Shown: piece after piece, positions 38,065 through 48,413 of the stretch
How the letters are laid out: each line of letters starts with the position of its first letter
Position numbering within the stretch: position 1 is the stretch's first letter
Source of the DNA: a virus
Lineage: Duplodnaviria; Caudoviricetes
Strand: one strand, 5' to 3'
Length of the DNA stretch: 58,198 nucleotides
IMG/VR virus record: IMGVR_UViG_3300008255_001780
Span: 1 to 58,198 of that record
The notes under the pieces: generated by a model
Databases searched by the model: none
What the model saw: the letters and a program-made list of their open reading frames with translations, nothing else
Told to the model about the DNA's origin: nothing
Position numbers and translations under genes: made by a program

Positions 38065-38690
38065 AGTCGGAGCTCCACGAGTGGAATGGACGGGATCGAG
38101 CCAACCTGCTCCCAGTCGAGCGTCGTGTCGATCTGGTTGTTCTCGAAACGCACCGGCGTGTCGAACTCGAACCCGGCGCGGATGACGACGCCAGTGCCCG
38201 GGGGCGACGTGAACGTGACCCGCCCCATATTGTTGTCCACCGTCCAGCCACTCGGCTGCGGGACCGAGTCAAACGAGATCAGGACCGTACCGCTGACCAC
38301 CTTCTTGATCTCGCGCTCGTAGGACTGCGAGCTAGAGACGTAGGTCTTCACCAGCTGGAAGGTGTCTTCGGTGTTGTCGCCGGTCCCGATCACCTGGTCA
38401 GTCGCGGACGGGGTGCCCGAAGGCGCGCAGCTCTTGAAGTCAGACCAGTCCTTGAAGCGGAACCCGTGCAGCGGGCCTGAGCGGGCTTCCCAGAAAGTGA
38501 TCACCTCGGCGAGGTCGTCCGCGGTGCGGATCCCGAATCCAACGTCGTAGCGGCGACGGGACTTCGCCCACCGCGCGTTGCGCTCCTCGAAGCCCGAGGA
38601 AAGCTCGACGACCTGCACGCGACGCTCGGGACCGCCTCGTGCACCGCGCGAGACGTGGGTGGGCAGTCGCACCTCGTGGAACGCCATCAC
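38061..38690 (-). CDS. distal tail protein DUF2460 (RcGTA g12-like)
   Basis: FHEVRLP, GGPER, GFRFKDWSD, AGFEFDTPVRF. Confidence 0.92.
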   Translation of the reverse strand: MMAFHEVRLPTHVSRGARGGPERRVQVVELSSGFEERNARWAKSRRRYDVGFGIRTADDLAEVITFWEARSGPLHGFRFKDWSDFKSCAPSGTPSATDQVIGTGDNTEDTFQLVKTYVSSSQSYEREIKKVVSGTVLISFDSVPQPSGWTVDNNMGRVTFTSPPGTGVVIRAGFEFDTPVRFENNQIDTTLDWEQVGSIPSIPLVELRL

Positions 38691-41623
38691 ATGCTCCTCT
38701 GACCGAAGGCGACCGCCCGCGCGATGTCCGCGGCAACCTGTCCGCGCGACTGACGGAAGCTCTCCGCGTCGCGCGTCTGAATGGTCACGTTCACCATGGG
38801 CGCGCCGCCTCCCTCACCATCGGAGACGCTGTCTGGCATCCCGTTTACACGCCCACCGAGCGACATGCGCTGGACGTCCCCGTTGTTGATCGCGGACAGG
38901 AGCGGCAGGAAGTCGCGCGTCGCGGCAGAGTTCACGACGAACTCACCATTGGACAGCATCGCCGGGACGGAGTCAGACGTCGGCCCGCCAGGACCCGACA
39001 CGAAGCCTCCCGAAGCGAAGCCCGTGACCATCCCGCCCTCCGCCATCCCGAAGCCCGGCAAGAAGGACGAGATCGCGCTGAACAAGAGCATCCGCGTGGT
39101 CATCTGCACGATGTCCGCAATGATCGACTGGGCCAGCGACTTGAAGTCCAGCTTGCCCGTCAGGACGAAGTCAGACAGCGCGCCCGCCATGTTGTTGAAG
39201 GCGGAGTTGAACGCGCCCTCCATGAGGTCCGCTTCAGTCTGCGCGACCGAGTCGCCGATGTCCAGCATGGCACGCTCGAGACCCGACCGCCAGTCGGTCG
39301 CAGCGTCTAGGTCCTTGCGGTAGGCGTCCTCGAGCTGCTCGTTGAAGATGTACTCAACCTTGTCGGCGTAGTCAGCCCAATCAAGACCAAGCTCTTTGAT
39401 ACGGTCGCGCGTCCGGTCATACCAGTGCTGGACTGACTCGACAGCCCCGCCGTTCTCTTCGCGGACGCGCTCGTACTCTTCAGACAAGTTGTCCACGAAC
39501 TCGCGCTGCGCGTCGGTCAGCTTTTTCATGGCGGCCGCGGCAGCGCGCGCGTCCGTCTCGATGGCGCGGATGGGATCGGTCAGCGTCTCCGCGGATACGG
39601 CAGCGTCCCCGGCCGCCTCGCCGAACTCGTCGGTGACCTCGCGCGCCTCGCGGATGCGCCCCAGGAACTCGTCGCGCAGGGCTGCCGTGACGCCACCCAC
39701 CGCCTCGCCCAGCTCCCCGACGTAGTCGCGCGCCATCGAGTCGGCGAAGTTCTCAGACACAGCGTCGCCCACGCCGTCGAGGGCCGCGCGGAACTCCTCC
39801 GTGTCCTGCTGGAGGTCCGTGAGGTCGAAGTCGAGCGACTCGCGGATCGAGTCACCCACGCCCTCGATGCCTGGGATGTAGTCGAGCGCGTCACCGAGCG
39901 AACCGAGGCCGCGAGTCACCGCGTTGATGATGTTCTGCAGACCTGCCAGGACCAGGTTGTAAGAAGACGCCATCGCCAGCTTGAACAGGTTGGGGATACC
40001 TTCGGTGATGACCGGGCGGATCGAGCTCAGGAACCCGACCCAGAGCCCGATGTAGGAGTTGATCCCATCCCGGATGAACTGCCCGACTGCCGCGAGCGAC
40101 TCGCTCCAATTCGACGTGAACCCAGAGATCCACTCGACCGCGGACGTGAAGAAGGTCTGCACGAAGCCGGTCACGTCGCGGAAGGTGTCACGCGCGATCT
40201 CGACCCCGAGCTTGATGGCGTCCCACACCGTCGAGACGGCGACCCGAACGCCCTCCCAGATGGTGAACTGCTCGTCCGCCACCTCGATGGTCGTGTCCCC
40301 GAAGGCGGCGACCGCGAGGGACAGGGCCGTGACGGTCGCAAGGGCGAGGCCGAACGGCGTGACAGCGAAGGCCGCCGCCATCGCGACGAAGCCCGCCGTG
40401 GCGGAAGCTGCCGCGGGCACGAGGGACAGAACAGCGGGCAGGACCGCCAGCGTGATGCCCGACGCGAAGACGGTAGCGAACCTGGTCAGCTCCTCGAAGT
40501 TATCCGCGACGAGGCGCATGACCGGGGTCAGGACCGCCTTCATCACGTCACCGATGGCACGCATGGACGCCGCCACGACCTCACGCACCCTCGCCGACTG
40601 GAACTCGAAGGTGTTGGTCATCTTGAGGAACGCGTCCGCCGTGGCGCCCGTCGAGTCCTCCATCTGCTCGAGGATCTCCGTGAAGCTCTCCCCGGCCTCA
40701 CCGGACAGTGCGAGGATCGGCACCAGCGCTTCGACACCACCGAAGAGCTGCGAGATCTCCGCGGTGGATCCGCCCGTCGCGGTGACCACCTCCTGCAGGA
40801 ACGCAGCGAACCCCTGCGCCTCGAGGCCAGCGGCGGTGAAGTTGATCCCAAGGCGCTCGGCGACCTCAGCCGCTTCGACTGTGGGCTTCGACACAGCAGC
40901 GAGGACTGCGCGGACGCCGGTCACGGCTTCCGCGGTCGAGATACCGCCCGTCGTGAGTGCGGACACCGACGCGACCAGCTCCTCAAACGAGACCCCCGCG
41001 GACGCCGCAAGAGGCACGACGCGACCGAGAGTGTTGAACAGCTCCTCGATGGTCGTCTTGCCTGCACGCATCCCAACAAAGAGAACGTCAGACACCTGAG
41101 CGGCGGAATCGACTCGGTCACCGTAGGCGTTGAGGATCGTGGTCAGGCCGTCCGCGGCGGTCGCCACGTCGGTGACACCACCAATGGCGAGACGGTTCGC
41201 AGCGTCCAGCGTCTCGATGGCCTCGGCCGCCGACCCCGCACCTGCGGAGATGATCTGGTAGGCAGCGGCCGCCTGCTGCGGCGCCTGGGAGCCGAACAGG
41301 ATTGCCTGACGCTCGAGCGCGTTAGACAGTCGGTCGAGATCGAAAGTAGTCTCATCAACCAGGGTCGAGACCTCAGTGAGGGCCGTCTCGAACGCACTCG
41401 AAGCACGCAGCGCGCTGGTGAAGAAGGCACCGACACCGATAGCAGAAAGGGCCGAGAAAGCCACTCGCAGTGGGTTTACGGCTCCCTGGAGCTGACCGAA
41501 ATGGGCTTCGGTCGCACGGGCGGAATCGGACAGGTCGGCAAGGGCACGCTTACCGCGGCGTGCCCCATCGACCATCGGTCGGGAGTCAACGCCTACGCGG
41601 AGCGTGCTTTCTTGCGTTGTCAC
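38687..41623 (-). CDS. tape measure protein
   Basis: ~978 aa Ala-rich helical; TP901-type core (GKTTIEEL); C-terminal FASGG..GPGG.TSDS.PA.LSNGEFV. Confidence 0.9.
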   Translation of the reverse strand: MTTQESTLRVGVDSRPMVDGARRGKRALADLSDSARATEAHFGQLQGAVNPLRVAFSALSAIGVGAFFTSALRASSAFETALTEVSTLVDETTFDLDRLSNALERQAILFGSQAPQQAAAAYQIISAGAGSAAEAIETLDAANRLAIGGVTDVATAADGLTTILNAYGDRVDSAAQVSDVLFVGMRAGKTTIEELFNTLGRVVPLAASAGVSFEELVASVSALTTGGISTAEAVTGVRAVLAAVSKPTVEAAEVAERLGINFTAAGLEAQGFAAFLQEVVTATGGSTAEISQLFGGVEALVPILALSGEAGESFTEILEQMEDSTGATADAFLKMTNTFEFQSARVREVVAASMRAIGDVMKAVLTPVMRLVADNFEELTRFATVFASGITLAVLPAVLSLVPAAASATAGFVAMAAAFAVTPFGLALATVTALSLAVAAFGDTTIEVADEQFTIWEGVRVAVSTVWDAIKLGVEIARDTFRDVTGFVQTFFTSAVEWISGFTSNWSESLAAVGQFIRDGINSYIGLWVGFLSSIRPVITEGIPNLFKLAMASSYNLVLAGLQNIINAVTRGLGSLGDALDYIPGIEGVGDSIRESLDFDLTDLQQDTEEFRAALDGVGDAVSENFADSMARDYVGELGEAVGGVTAALRDEFLGRIREAREVTDEFGEAAGDAAVSAETLTDPIRAIETDARAAAAAMKKLTDAQREFVDNLSEEYERVREENGGAVESVQHWYDRTRDRIKELGLDWADYADKVEYIFNEQLEDAYRKDLDAATDWRSGLERAMLDIGDSVAQTEADLMEGAFNSAFNNMAGALSDFVLTGKLDFKSLAQSIIADIVQMTTRMLLFSAISSFLPGFGMAEGGMVTGFASGGFVSGPGGPTSDSVPAMLSNGEFVVNSAATRDFLPLLSAINNGDVQRMSLGGRVNGMPDSVSDGEGGGAPMVNVTIQTRDAESFRQSRGQVAADIARAVAFGQRSM

Positions 41624-42358
41624 GTTTCTTCGGCCTCCGCTTCTCCATCTCCTCGAGCCAGACGGCGTCGCAGAACTTGACATAGGTCAACAGGTCGAGT
41701 CGGTCCTGGATCGTGTCGAACTCGAGCAAGTTGGCATAGGCCTCGATCTCGCTAACGCTGATCCCGCACGGAGATCCGTTGGGTCCGATCATACGCGAGG
41801 AGTGCAGTCGTTTGAAAGCAGCGAAGTAAGGTGCAGCATGGTAACTAACCGAAGGTCGGGACGCGAGAGAATCAGGCAGCTTTCCCTCGCGTTCCGCTAT
41901 TTTCTGCAGGGTCTGAACCCGCGCCCCGTAGTTAATCTCCCACAGGACGCAGGCTTTCAGTTTCCCTCAGTCTCCTCCCGCTGCTGCGACTTGAAGTTCT
42001 CGAGCGTCCGCGCCTCCTGGATCAGGCGGTTGCGGATCCACTCGAGCTCCTTCAGCAGCCGGTAGGCCGCATCGCGCGAGTAGGGCAGTTCGTCGTCACC
42101 GTCAAAGACGCCGGTCCACCCGAGGACGATATGGTCGGCCATGCACTGACACATGATCTCGACCTGATCCTCCTCGGGCACCTTGCGGCCGAGGTCCTGA
42201 TATGGCTTGACCTTCTTCCGGAAGGCCTCGGTGAACCCCGCGTTGTCGAAGGAGGCGAGCTTGAACTGCGCGCCGCCTCCCAGGTCGATCCAGACGCCTT
42301 CGTTCTTGGCGGCCGGATCGAGCTTGAAGTCGCGGATGTCGAACTTGAGGTTGGTCAT
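41586..42358 (-). CDS. tail assembly chaperone, -1 frameshift-extended form (GT)
   Basis: slippery GGGAAAC at 41960-41966; -1 frame open LKACVLWEINYG...AAFKRLHSSRMIGPNG...D AVWL. Confidence 0.8.
41957..42358 (-). CDS. tail assembly chaperone (G)
   Basis: between tail tube and TMP; EGVW, IVLGWTGV, LPYS. Confidence 0.85.
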   Translation of the reverse strand: MTNLKFDIRDFKLDPAAKNEGVWIDLGGGAQFKLASFDNAGFTEAFRKKVKPYQDLGRKVPEEDQVEIMCQCMADHIVLGWTGVFDGDDELPYSRDAAYRLLKELEWIRNRLIQEARTLENFKSQQREETEGN

Positions 42359-42367
42359 AGTGGCTCC

Positions 42368-43567
42368 TTACGCGGCCAGGCGGCTGATCTGGTACTGGTG
42401 CGTCCCGGCATCGTTGATGATAGCCTCGAATTGAGCGGACGCAAAGATGTCCTGATCGAGTCCACCCGCAACAATTTCCATCTGGGTGTACTTCGCCTTG
42501 GGAATGGACACGATGTAGACATTCCCTGCAGCGTCCTGCGCGAGGAAGCTCAGGGAGAACGACGACGCCGAGCGGAACTTGTCAAACAGGGACGAGTTCT
42601 CGAAGTAGAGCTCGATGGCTCCGGTGAGGGAGATGCGACCCGCTTCCACGCCGATCAGACCCAGCGTCCCGACCGCCTGCTGACCACGCAGCGAGTTGTC
42701 GAGGTTGATGGTCAGCGAGTTGAAGTAGTAGGTCGCCCCGCCCGGGTCGCCGTCGAAGGAGATCGCTGCAATGTTGTCCACCGCGTTGAGGACCCCCGTC
42801 GTCGAGGCAGCACCGACGGTCGCACCGGCAATCTGCGACTCGGTCATCTGCGCGTCGGACGCCATGACGGAGAACGACGTGTTGAGGATCGACCCAGTCG
42901 CCAGCTCGAGGTTCCAGGAGCCAATGCGGCACCCGGTGAAGTTCCAGAACTCCGGCGTGTCGAGATCGAGGAAGGCCTTCTGGATCGTGAAGGAGCGCTT
43001 CGTCGTCCCGTTGCGGATGAAGTTCATGGGAGTGATGGTCACGGAGTCGCCGGCCGACTCGCTCGCCACGTCGGTGAGCGGAGCGATGTCCAGGGTGCCT
43101 GCGGCGATGCCCGTGATCTCGGCGTAGAAGGTGCCCGCCGTCGTGAACCCCTCGACCTTCACTAACTGGCCGACGACCCAGGAGTTGGCGGCGAGGCCGC
43201 TGCCTGAGTCCGTCAACGCGTAGGTGCTGGGCGTGCCCACCGTCTTCACGACGGCGATGGTGATCGCGGGACCCAGCACTGAGCCCGTCGTCGTCCAGGT
43301 GCCGAACATGGCGGCCTGGATGAAGTCGTCATAGGACCCATAGGACCACTCGCCCTGGATGTCACCGGACGCCAGCGAGGACACCTGGATGATGTCCGGG
43401 GTCATGCGATCCGACCGGATCTCCTGCGAGGTCACGAAGTCGGCATTGTAGTTGAGCGACTCACCGGTAAAGCGCACCGGAGTGAGCGTCGGGGTGGCCG
43501 GCGTCTCGCCCCAGACAGTCTCGGCCACCTGGCGGAGTGCGACGCGGTTGGAAGTACCGAAAGCCAT
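42368..43567 (-). CDS. major tail tube protein
   Basis: ETVWGETP, VRFTGESL, SQEIRSDR, GAIELYF; position. Confidence 0.85.
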   Translation of the reverse strand: MAFGTSNRVALRQVAETVWGETPATPTLTPVRFTGESLNYNADFVTSQEIRSDRMTPDIIQVSSLASGDIQGEWSYGSYDDFIQAAMFGTWTTTGSVLGPAITIAVVKTVGTPSTYALTDSGSGLAANSWVVGQLVKVEGFTTAGTFYAEITGIAAGTLDIAPLTDVASESAGDSVTITPMNFIRNGTTKRSFTIQKAFLDLDTPEFWNFTGCRIGSWNLELATGSILNTSFSVMASDAQMTESQIAGATVGAASTTGVLNAVDNIAAISFDGDPGGATYYFNSLTINLDNSLRGQQAVGTLGLIGVEAGRISLTGAIELYFENSSLFDKFRSASSFSLSFLAQDAAGNVYIVSIPKAKYTQMEIVAGGLDQDIFASAQFEAIINDAGTHQYQISRLAA

Positions 43568-43579
43568 GGGGCCCTCCTT

Positions 43580-43993
43580 CTACTGAAAGCTGTCCCGCTC
43601 GAACGGGGCCAGCACGTTGAGTTGGTGCCATTTCTCTTGAGGCCCGGGCACCGTTCGGACGTAGGGCGCCTGACGGAAGCGAACTCCCGACGAGGCGTCT
43701 CTCCAACCACGGAAGATGCCCGTGGCCAGATCGGCTAGCTCGAGGGCGCGCTCGTCGCCCGTCCCGAGCTTGGTGAAGATCTGCACCGTCACCAAGCCGG
43801 TGTAGCGATGCAGATTCTCATCCGGCTGCCCCATGGACGCCTGCCGTCCCGAGGCGTCGGCGACCGTGAAGCGCACCCAAGCCAATTCGTTGCCCGGCGT
43901 GAACTTGACGTTGGGCCAAGCCACTGGAGTCGTCGTTCCCCACTGGGCCGCAAACCGCGCGCGGATCGCGTTGTGCTGCGCCTCGAAACTCAC
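43580..43993 (-). CDS. tail terminator-like protein
   Basis: VAWPNVKFTP, GLVTVQIF; position before tail tube. Confidence 0.75.
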   Translation of the reverse strand: MSFEAQHNAIRARFAAQWGTTTPVAWPNVKFTPGNELAWVRFTVADASGRQASMGQPDENLHRYTGLVTVQIFTKLGTGDERALELADLATGIFRGWRDASSGVRFRQAPYVRTVPGPQEKWHQLNVLAPFERDSFQ

Positions 43994-44403
43994 CGCTCGA
44001 TCCTCCCACCGTAGAAGTCAGCGACTGCCTCGAGGTTGATGTCCACCATGCCCTGCGGTGCCTGCTTGGAATGCCCGTTCTCAAGCGGAAGGATATAGGG
44101 CAGGTTGTTGGTGAGCCAGATGGTGTCACCGAGCTCCGCCCCGTTCACGGTGGCCGCGATGGCAGCGAGGGTGGCTGACCCCGAGGGATCCGCGGTGTCC
44201 GTCGTGCCCGTGGCCGGCGTGTTGATCGAAGGAAACCAGTTGCCTCGTGCGCGACCGACGTCCACCGGCGTGGACATCACCACCCGCTGATCGAGCTCCA
44301 GCGCGATCTTGCGGAAGATGATGGACGCTTGCTCGTCCGTGACCTCGCCGAACTTGCGGAGGTCAATCGCGAACTCGCGTGCTGACTTACCCCTGGGCAT
44401 CAC
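43990..44403 (-). CDS. HK97 gp10-like tail-completion protein
   Basis: TPVDVGRARGNW, NNLPY..LENGHSKQAP.GMV. Confidence 0.8.
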   Translation of the reverse strand: MMPRGKSAREFAIDLRKFGEVTDEQASIIFRKIALELDQRVVMSTPVDVGRARGNWFPSINTPATGTTDTADPSGSATLAAIAATVNGAELGDTIWLTNNLPYILPLENGHSKQAPQGMVDINLEAVADFYGGRIER

Positions 44404-44795
44404 GGCGCCTCCCCACCCGCGACTCCCGCCTTGTAGATGACGGCGATGCCGGAGGGTGCAATAGGGGCGACGCCCAGGACGCGCAGCGTCTCGCCACCGA
44501 TGATGATCTCGTCCGAGGGCTTCGGTTCGACGCCAGCGGTGGCCGTCTCCTTCGCGGAGATCAAGATGACTTGGTCGAACAACGCGACAAGCTCCGGCGC
44601 GAACTCGGGCATGGGCTGACCGTTCGCACGAGGCAGCTGGACCACGCGGATAGGTGTACTACTCGCCACAGACACGACGCGACCAAGCGAAGGTGAGTAG
44701 GTGTCCGCGGCCTTGCGCAGGACCGCCTCCCGACCAAACTGCTGGATCAGGTTCGCGGCCGTGCCGTCACGCAGGTTGGAGTAGAAGGTGCTCAT
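44400..44795 (-). CDS. head-closure/head-tail joining protein
   Basis: MSTFYSNLR..AANLIQQFG; position; ATGA overlap. Confidence 0.7.
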   Translation of the reverse strand: MSTFYSNLRDGTAANLIQQFGREAVLRKAADTYSPSLGRVVSVASSTPIRVVQLPRANGQPMPEFAPELVALFDQVILISAKETATAGVEPKPSDEIIIGGETLRVLGVAPIAPSGIAVIYKAGVAGGEAP

Positions 44796-45286
44796 GCGCG
44801 CAACAGGCTCCCTCCACCGACCGACCGCAGGAGCGGACGAAGAAGCTGGATGACGTGCGACGGAACGGAACCTGCGAGCAGTCGCCGCTGCGTGTCGTAC
44901 TGGACGGTGATCACGTCCACCTTTTCCATCGAGATGGCACCATCGGTGGCGCCCAGGACGCCGAGTGCGTCGAAGGTGCCCTGGCGCAGAAGGTCCGCGA
45001 CGAGCGCAGTCGCCTCCTCGACCTGCCAGGGGATAGTGTCCTGGTCGATCTCGTAGCCGTCGATCTCCACGTCCTTGCGGGGCCACTTCAGCCGCTGGGT
45101 GCCCGTCGTCGGGATGCCCAGGAAGTCATACTTGCGGTCGATGTAGTCGGTGGCTAGGCGCACGAGGGGCTCGGCCGTCGCGTCCGGGAGCGTTCCTGCC
45201 GCCCACGCGGTATTGCCTCGAGCCGCCCAGTAGTCGCGGATCGAGGTCAGGTCCCAGTAAGCGTCCGTGCCGATGGTGAGCGCCAT
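44792..45286 (-). CDS. head-tail adaptor protein
   Basis: ATDYID, QRLKWPR, IPWQV, EKVDVI.VQY, LLRPLL. Confidence 0.75.
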   Translation of the reverse strand: MALTIGTDAYWDLTSIRDYWAARGNTAWAAGTLPDATAEPLVRLATDYIDRKYDFLGIPTTGTQRLKWPRKDVEIDGYEIDQDTIPWQVEEATALVADLLRQGTFDALGVLGATDGAISMEKVDVITVQYDTQRRLLAGSVPSHVIQLLRPLLRSVGGGSLLRA

Positions 45287-45357
45287 GATCTCCGTCCCTT
45301 CATCGTGTTAACCCTAAGGTGTTGTGGGTTTTCGCGCAACACCTGAAGGGGTCACCA

Positions 45358-45372
45358 TATAAGCGAGTTATA
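45358..45372. promoter_or_regulatory. operator-like site (copy 2)
   Basis: TATAAGCGAGTTATA, adjacent to inverted repeat AGGTGTTG/CAACACCT at 45317-45344. Confidence 0.65.
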
Positions 45373-45378
45373 CGGTCG

Positions 45379-45603
45379 CTAAGGTGTCGCGCGCCACTTG
45401 CTCGCGTAGAAGGTAATGATCGCGCGCTTCCCGTTGCGGTAGGTCACGGTGATGGAGTGAGACCAAGCGGATGGGCTTTTCGTGTACTCGAGGCGCCGCT
45501 TGACGGTGCGCCTCGACATGCCGAGCGCTTTTGCCGCCGCACGAATTGAGCCGCAGTGCCTGAGGTATGCTTGAGCAGCGTCCTCGTCTGACACCCGGCG
45601 CAT
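45379..45603 (-). CDS. small HTH protein
   Basis: GSIRAAAKALGMSRRTVKRRL; GAGG RBS. Confidence 0.6.
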   Translation of the reverse strand: MRRVSDEDAAQAYLRHCGSIRAAAKALGMSRRTVKRRLEYTKSPSAWSHSITVTYRNGKRAIITFYASKWRATP

Positions 45604-45605
45604 GG

Positions 45606-45917
45606 CTACCTCGGAGTGGAAAACCAGTGGTCCATGCGGTCGGCGAGGTGCTTCAGAACGTCGCGCAGCGATGAGAGATCCTCACGCATCTCTATCTTGT
45701 CCTCTGAGCGCTGGCTGCGGCGCTCCTCGGTCAGTGCTTCGACACGGACAACGCGACGGTCAGTTTCATCCAGTCGCCTGTCGAGGTGCTGGATGGTGTC
45801 GCGCAGCTCCGCCATCGTGGCGTTCATGGTGCGCCCGATGTAAAGCAGGGTCGGGATCAGGAGGGCAAGTGCCCACCCGATCACCGTCTGCATGTCGATT
45901 CCGACCTCGTTGAGCAT
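45606..45917 (-). CDS. membrane-anchored coiled-coil protein (possible holin/lysis accessory)
   Basis: single N-terminal TM VIGWALALLIPTLLYIG plus coiled coil. Confidence 0.55.
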   Translation of the reverse strand: MLNEVGIDMQTVIGWALALLIPTLLYIGRTMNATMAELRDTIQHLDRRLDETDRRVVRVEALTEERRSQRSEDKIEMREDLSSLRDVLKHLADRMDHWFSTPR

Positions 45918-46156
45918 CAGCTCTTCGCGGGGCCCTTCTTGACGGCCGCCGCGTCGGCGCCGCCCTGGTTGGCTGCGGCGTCGGTCTTCGCCTGCGCGTC
46001 AGCGGCTTCCACCTTTGCGACCTCGACCTTGGCTTTCGCCTCGATGGCCTGGGCCTTCGCTTCGTCGAAGACCTCGAGGGAGGGATGGGTGGCGATCTGC
46101 TTCTCGTCGGCGTAGCCAAAAAACTTGCCATTCTTGGAGACGGGGATCATAGTCAT
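45917..46156 (-). CDS. hypothetical protein (Ala/Lys-rich, post-capsid gene)
   Basis: 79 aa, GAGG RBS. Confidence 0.65.
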   Translation of the reverse strand: MTMIPVSKNGKFFGYADEKQIATHPSLEVFDEAKAQAIEAKAKVEVAKVEAADAQAKTDAAANQGGADAAAVKKGPAKS

Positions 46157-46181
46157 GGTTGGGTCCTCGTTGAAGTGGTGA

Positions 46182-46203
46182 AGCCGGGCCCGAAAGCCCG
46201 GCT
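46182..46203 (-). terminator. stem-loop after major capsid gene
   Basis: AGCCGGGC/GCCCGGCT stem; weak U-tract. Confidence 0.5.
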
Positions 46204-46216
46204 AGGTGTCAGTGGA

Positions 46217-47440
46217 TCAGACCGGCGCGACGGTCGGGGCGCGCTTGACCTGGACGGCCAGCATCGGGTCGAGGACCTGAGTGCCGTAGAGGGCGTCCAG
46301 AGCGACGTAGTTGGTGCCCGTCGCGCCCTCGTACCACATGCGAGCCCGAACAGACAGGCCCGAGATCGCATCGGTGACGGTCGCCATCTCCGCACCGCGA
46401 CCGTCGCCGGTCATCGGGAGCGGGGCGAACGCGAGGGCGAAGGCGTGCCGGTGGAACATGAGGTTCCGAAGGTGCGCTGACTCCTCGATGGCGTTCAGGA
46501 GGTTGAACGTCACCACCGCGTTGTCCGCCGTGTTGCGGCGAAGCGCCGGGTAGAAGGTAAACGTGCCCGCACCGGCCGCCAGCGTGGTGTTGGCGGTCAG
46601 CGTGTAGACCGTCGGATCGTCCGCGATGGTGAAGGTGTCACCGATCTGGAACGTCTCCGTGAGGGTCAAGCCGTCGAGGGACAGCTGGTTCGCGTTCGCC
46701 GCGGTCGCACCGACCACCGCACCGACCACGTCGCCGGTGGCTGCCGAAGCGGTCGCCGAGGACGACAGCGCCGAGACCGACACGTCAGCGTTCTGAGTCG
46801 CGAAGACTTCGACACCGAAACGCTGGCCGAGCGAGCCGTTCATGAGCGCCGCCTGGTTCACCCCCTCACCGGTGATCCGCGCCTCGTGAAAGATGCCGAG
46901 GTCGAGGAACGCGGCCTCCATCCCAGCGTCCACCAGGTAGTGGATCATGCCCGGATCCATCGGGACCTCGTTGTTCCGCAGAATGCGGCGAGGGCCGGTG
47001 ATGAAGCCCGAGTTGACGGTGCCCGACACGAAAGCCTTGGGGCCGACGCGCGCGCCGAGGGCGTGCAGATCCTGGTCGATCTTGTCCGCGAGGGCATAGG
47101 CCGCCGGGCGGATGTGGTCGTTGATGATCTGCTCGGTGGTGTAGGCGAGCTCCCGGTCGGTGAGCTTGTACTTGACCTCCTGGTGGTTATTCAAGGTGAT
47201 CGAGACATTCTCGCCGACCACGTCCTGAGCCGTGGTGCCGACGCCAGCGACGTGCTCCGCAGCGGCGAACTTCGTCGGCCGCTTGAGGTTGATCACGTCA
47301 CCCTTCTGGTTGCCCGCAGCGTTCCGCTCCTGCTCCGCGCCGCGATGAACGCGACCGGCCATCCCGAGCGCCTTGAAGAGCTGCTCGAGTGCCTCCTGAG
47401 CGTAGAACTCCGGGTTGTAGTTGCCAAGAGTGTTGGCCAT
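46217..47440 (-). CDS. major capsid protein (P22 coat-like)
   Basis: MANTL, GDVINLKRP, IRPAAYALADKID, FHRHAFALAFAPL, LDALYG. Confidence 0.88.
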   Translation of the reverse strand: MANTLGNYNPEFYAQEALEQLFKALGMAGRVHRGAEQERNAAGNQKGDVINLKRPTKFAAAEHVAGVGTTAQDVVGENVSITLNNHQEVKYKLTDRELAYTTEQIINDHIRPAAYALADKIDQDLHALGARVGPKAFVSGTVNSGFITGPRRILRNNEVPMDPGMIHYLVDAGMEAAFLDLGIFHEARITGEGVNQAALMNGSLGQRFGVEVFATQNADVSVSALSSSATASAATGDVVGAVVGATAANANQLSLDGLTLTETFQIGDTFTIADDPTVYTLTANTTLAAGAGTFTFYPALRRNTADNAVVTFNLLNAIEESAHLRNLMFHRHAFALAFAPLPMTGDGRGAEMATVTDAISGLSVRARMWYEGATGTNYVALDALYGTQVLDPMLAVQVKRAPTVAPV

Positions 47441-47511
47441 TGCCGTGGTCCTTTCCTATGCGCGTGAGCGCTTCATCATGTGATGCCACGCTCACGCGCG
47501 GCGGTTCGAGG

Positions 47512-48300
47512 TCAGCCCACGATCTGGAGGGTCGCGCCGGCCTTCTGGGCCGCGGCCTTCGCCGCCCGGTAGGTCTGCACGTCCCGCGCCTGCTCGCGGG
47601 TGATGGTATGGGAACCACCCCGCCCGCCGGGACCGCCTGCGGCGCCGCCACCAGAGGGAGCAGGGAACCAGTGCGGCGCCTTCTCCTTCATGGTCTCGAG
47701 CCACTCGGCCGGAGTCATCGGGTTCTTGCCGTCCTTGCCGTAGACGGTCGAACCACCTTCCTCCGCCACCAGCTTCCCGTCCTCGCGAACGGTGAAGACA
47801 CCCATGGCGCGGAATAGCGCGTCCTCGATGGCCGAAGGAACGACACCCAGCTCCGCAGCGGCCTGGCGAAGGGACCCCTCCACCATCAGCTTCTTGACCT
47901 GCCCCTGAGCCGCCTCGAGCTGCTCCTGGAGCGTCATGCGGGACTGCTCGGCCTTCTCGAGCTGCTTCTGGTGATCGGCCTTCAGCCGTTCCGTGCGTCG
48001 CTCGATGACCGCGTCCGTCTTGCCTTCGGCGAGGAGCTTCGCTTCCTCGTCATTCTCGAGCCGCGACATGATCGTCCGCACCGCCTGAGGGTCGAGACCC
48101 TCCCACGTTTTGGACATCTCTTCGATTTTCTGCTGGAGCGTTTTCTTCTCCGTCAGAATCTCGTCGCGGTTCGCAGCCAGTCCGGAGGTCGCCTCCTTCA
48201 CGGCCTTGTCGATGAGCGACTTGATCGCCGGTGCGCTCGGGTCGATCTGACCGCCCGCGCCGGCTTCTGCACCGCCTGGGTTCTGGGTTTCGTCGGGCAT
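47512..48300 (-). CDS. capsid scaffolding protein
   Basis: coiled coil, APHWFP..GGGA, directly upstream of capsid gene. Confidence 0.8.
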   Translation of the reverse strand: MPDETQNPGGAEAGAGGQIDPSAPAIKSLIDKAVKEATSGLAANRDEILTEKKTLQQKIEEMSKTWEGLDPQAVRTIMSRLENDEEAKLLAEGKTDAVIERRTERLKADHQKQLEKAEQSRMTLQEQLEAAQGQVKKLMVEGSLRQAAAELGVVPSAIEDALFRAMGVFTVREDGKLVAEEGGSTVYGKDGKNPMTPAEWLETMKEKAPHWFPAPSGGGAAGGPGGRGGSHTITREQARDVQTYRAAKAAAQKAGATLQIVG

Positions 48301-48413
48301 GTGAGTTCCTTCTTTCGGCTCCGCCTAGACCATCCTCGAGGCACTCGAGCATGTTGGTCCCGGCGAACCTAGAGCGACACGCTACCTCAATGCAAGCGGT
48401 AAACTTGGTTCGC

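Noticed and set aside
32049-38690. Gene transfer agent cluster in a bacterial chromosome
   Set aside because: Only tail-tip genes are GTA-like; the capsid, long TMP and full replication module are those of an autonomous phage.
45305-45325. CtrA box
   Set aside because: Only a TTAAC half-site; no TTAA-N7-TTAA.
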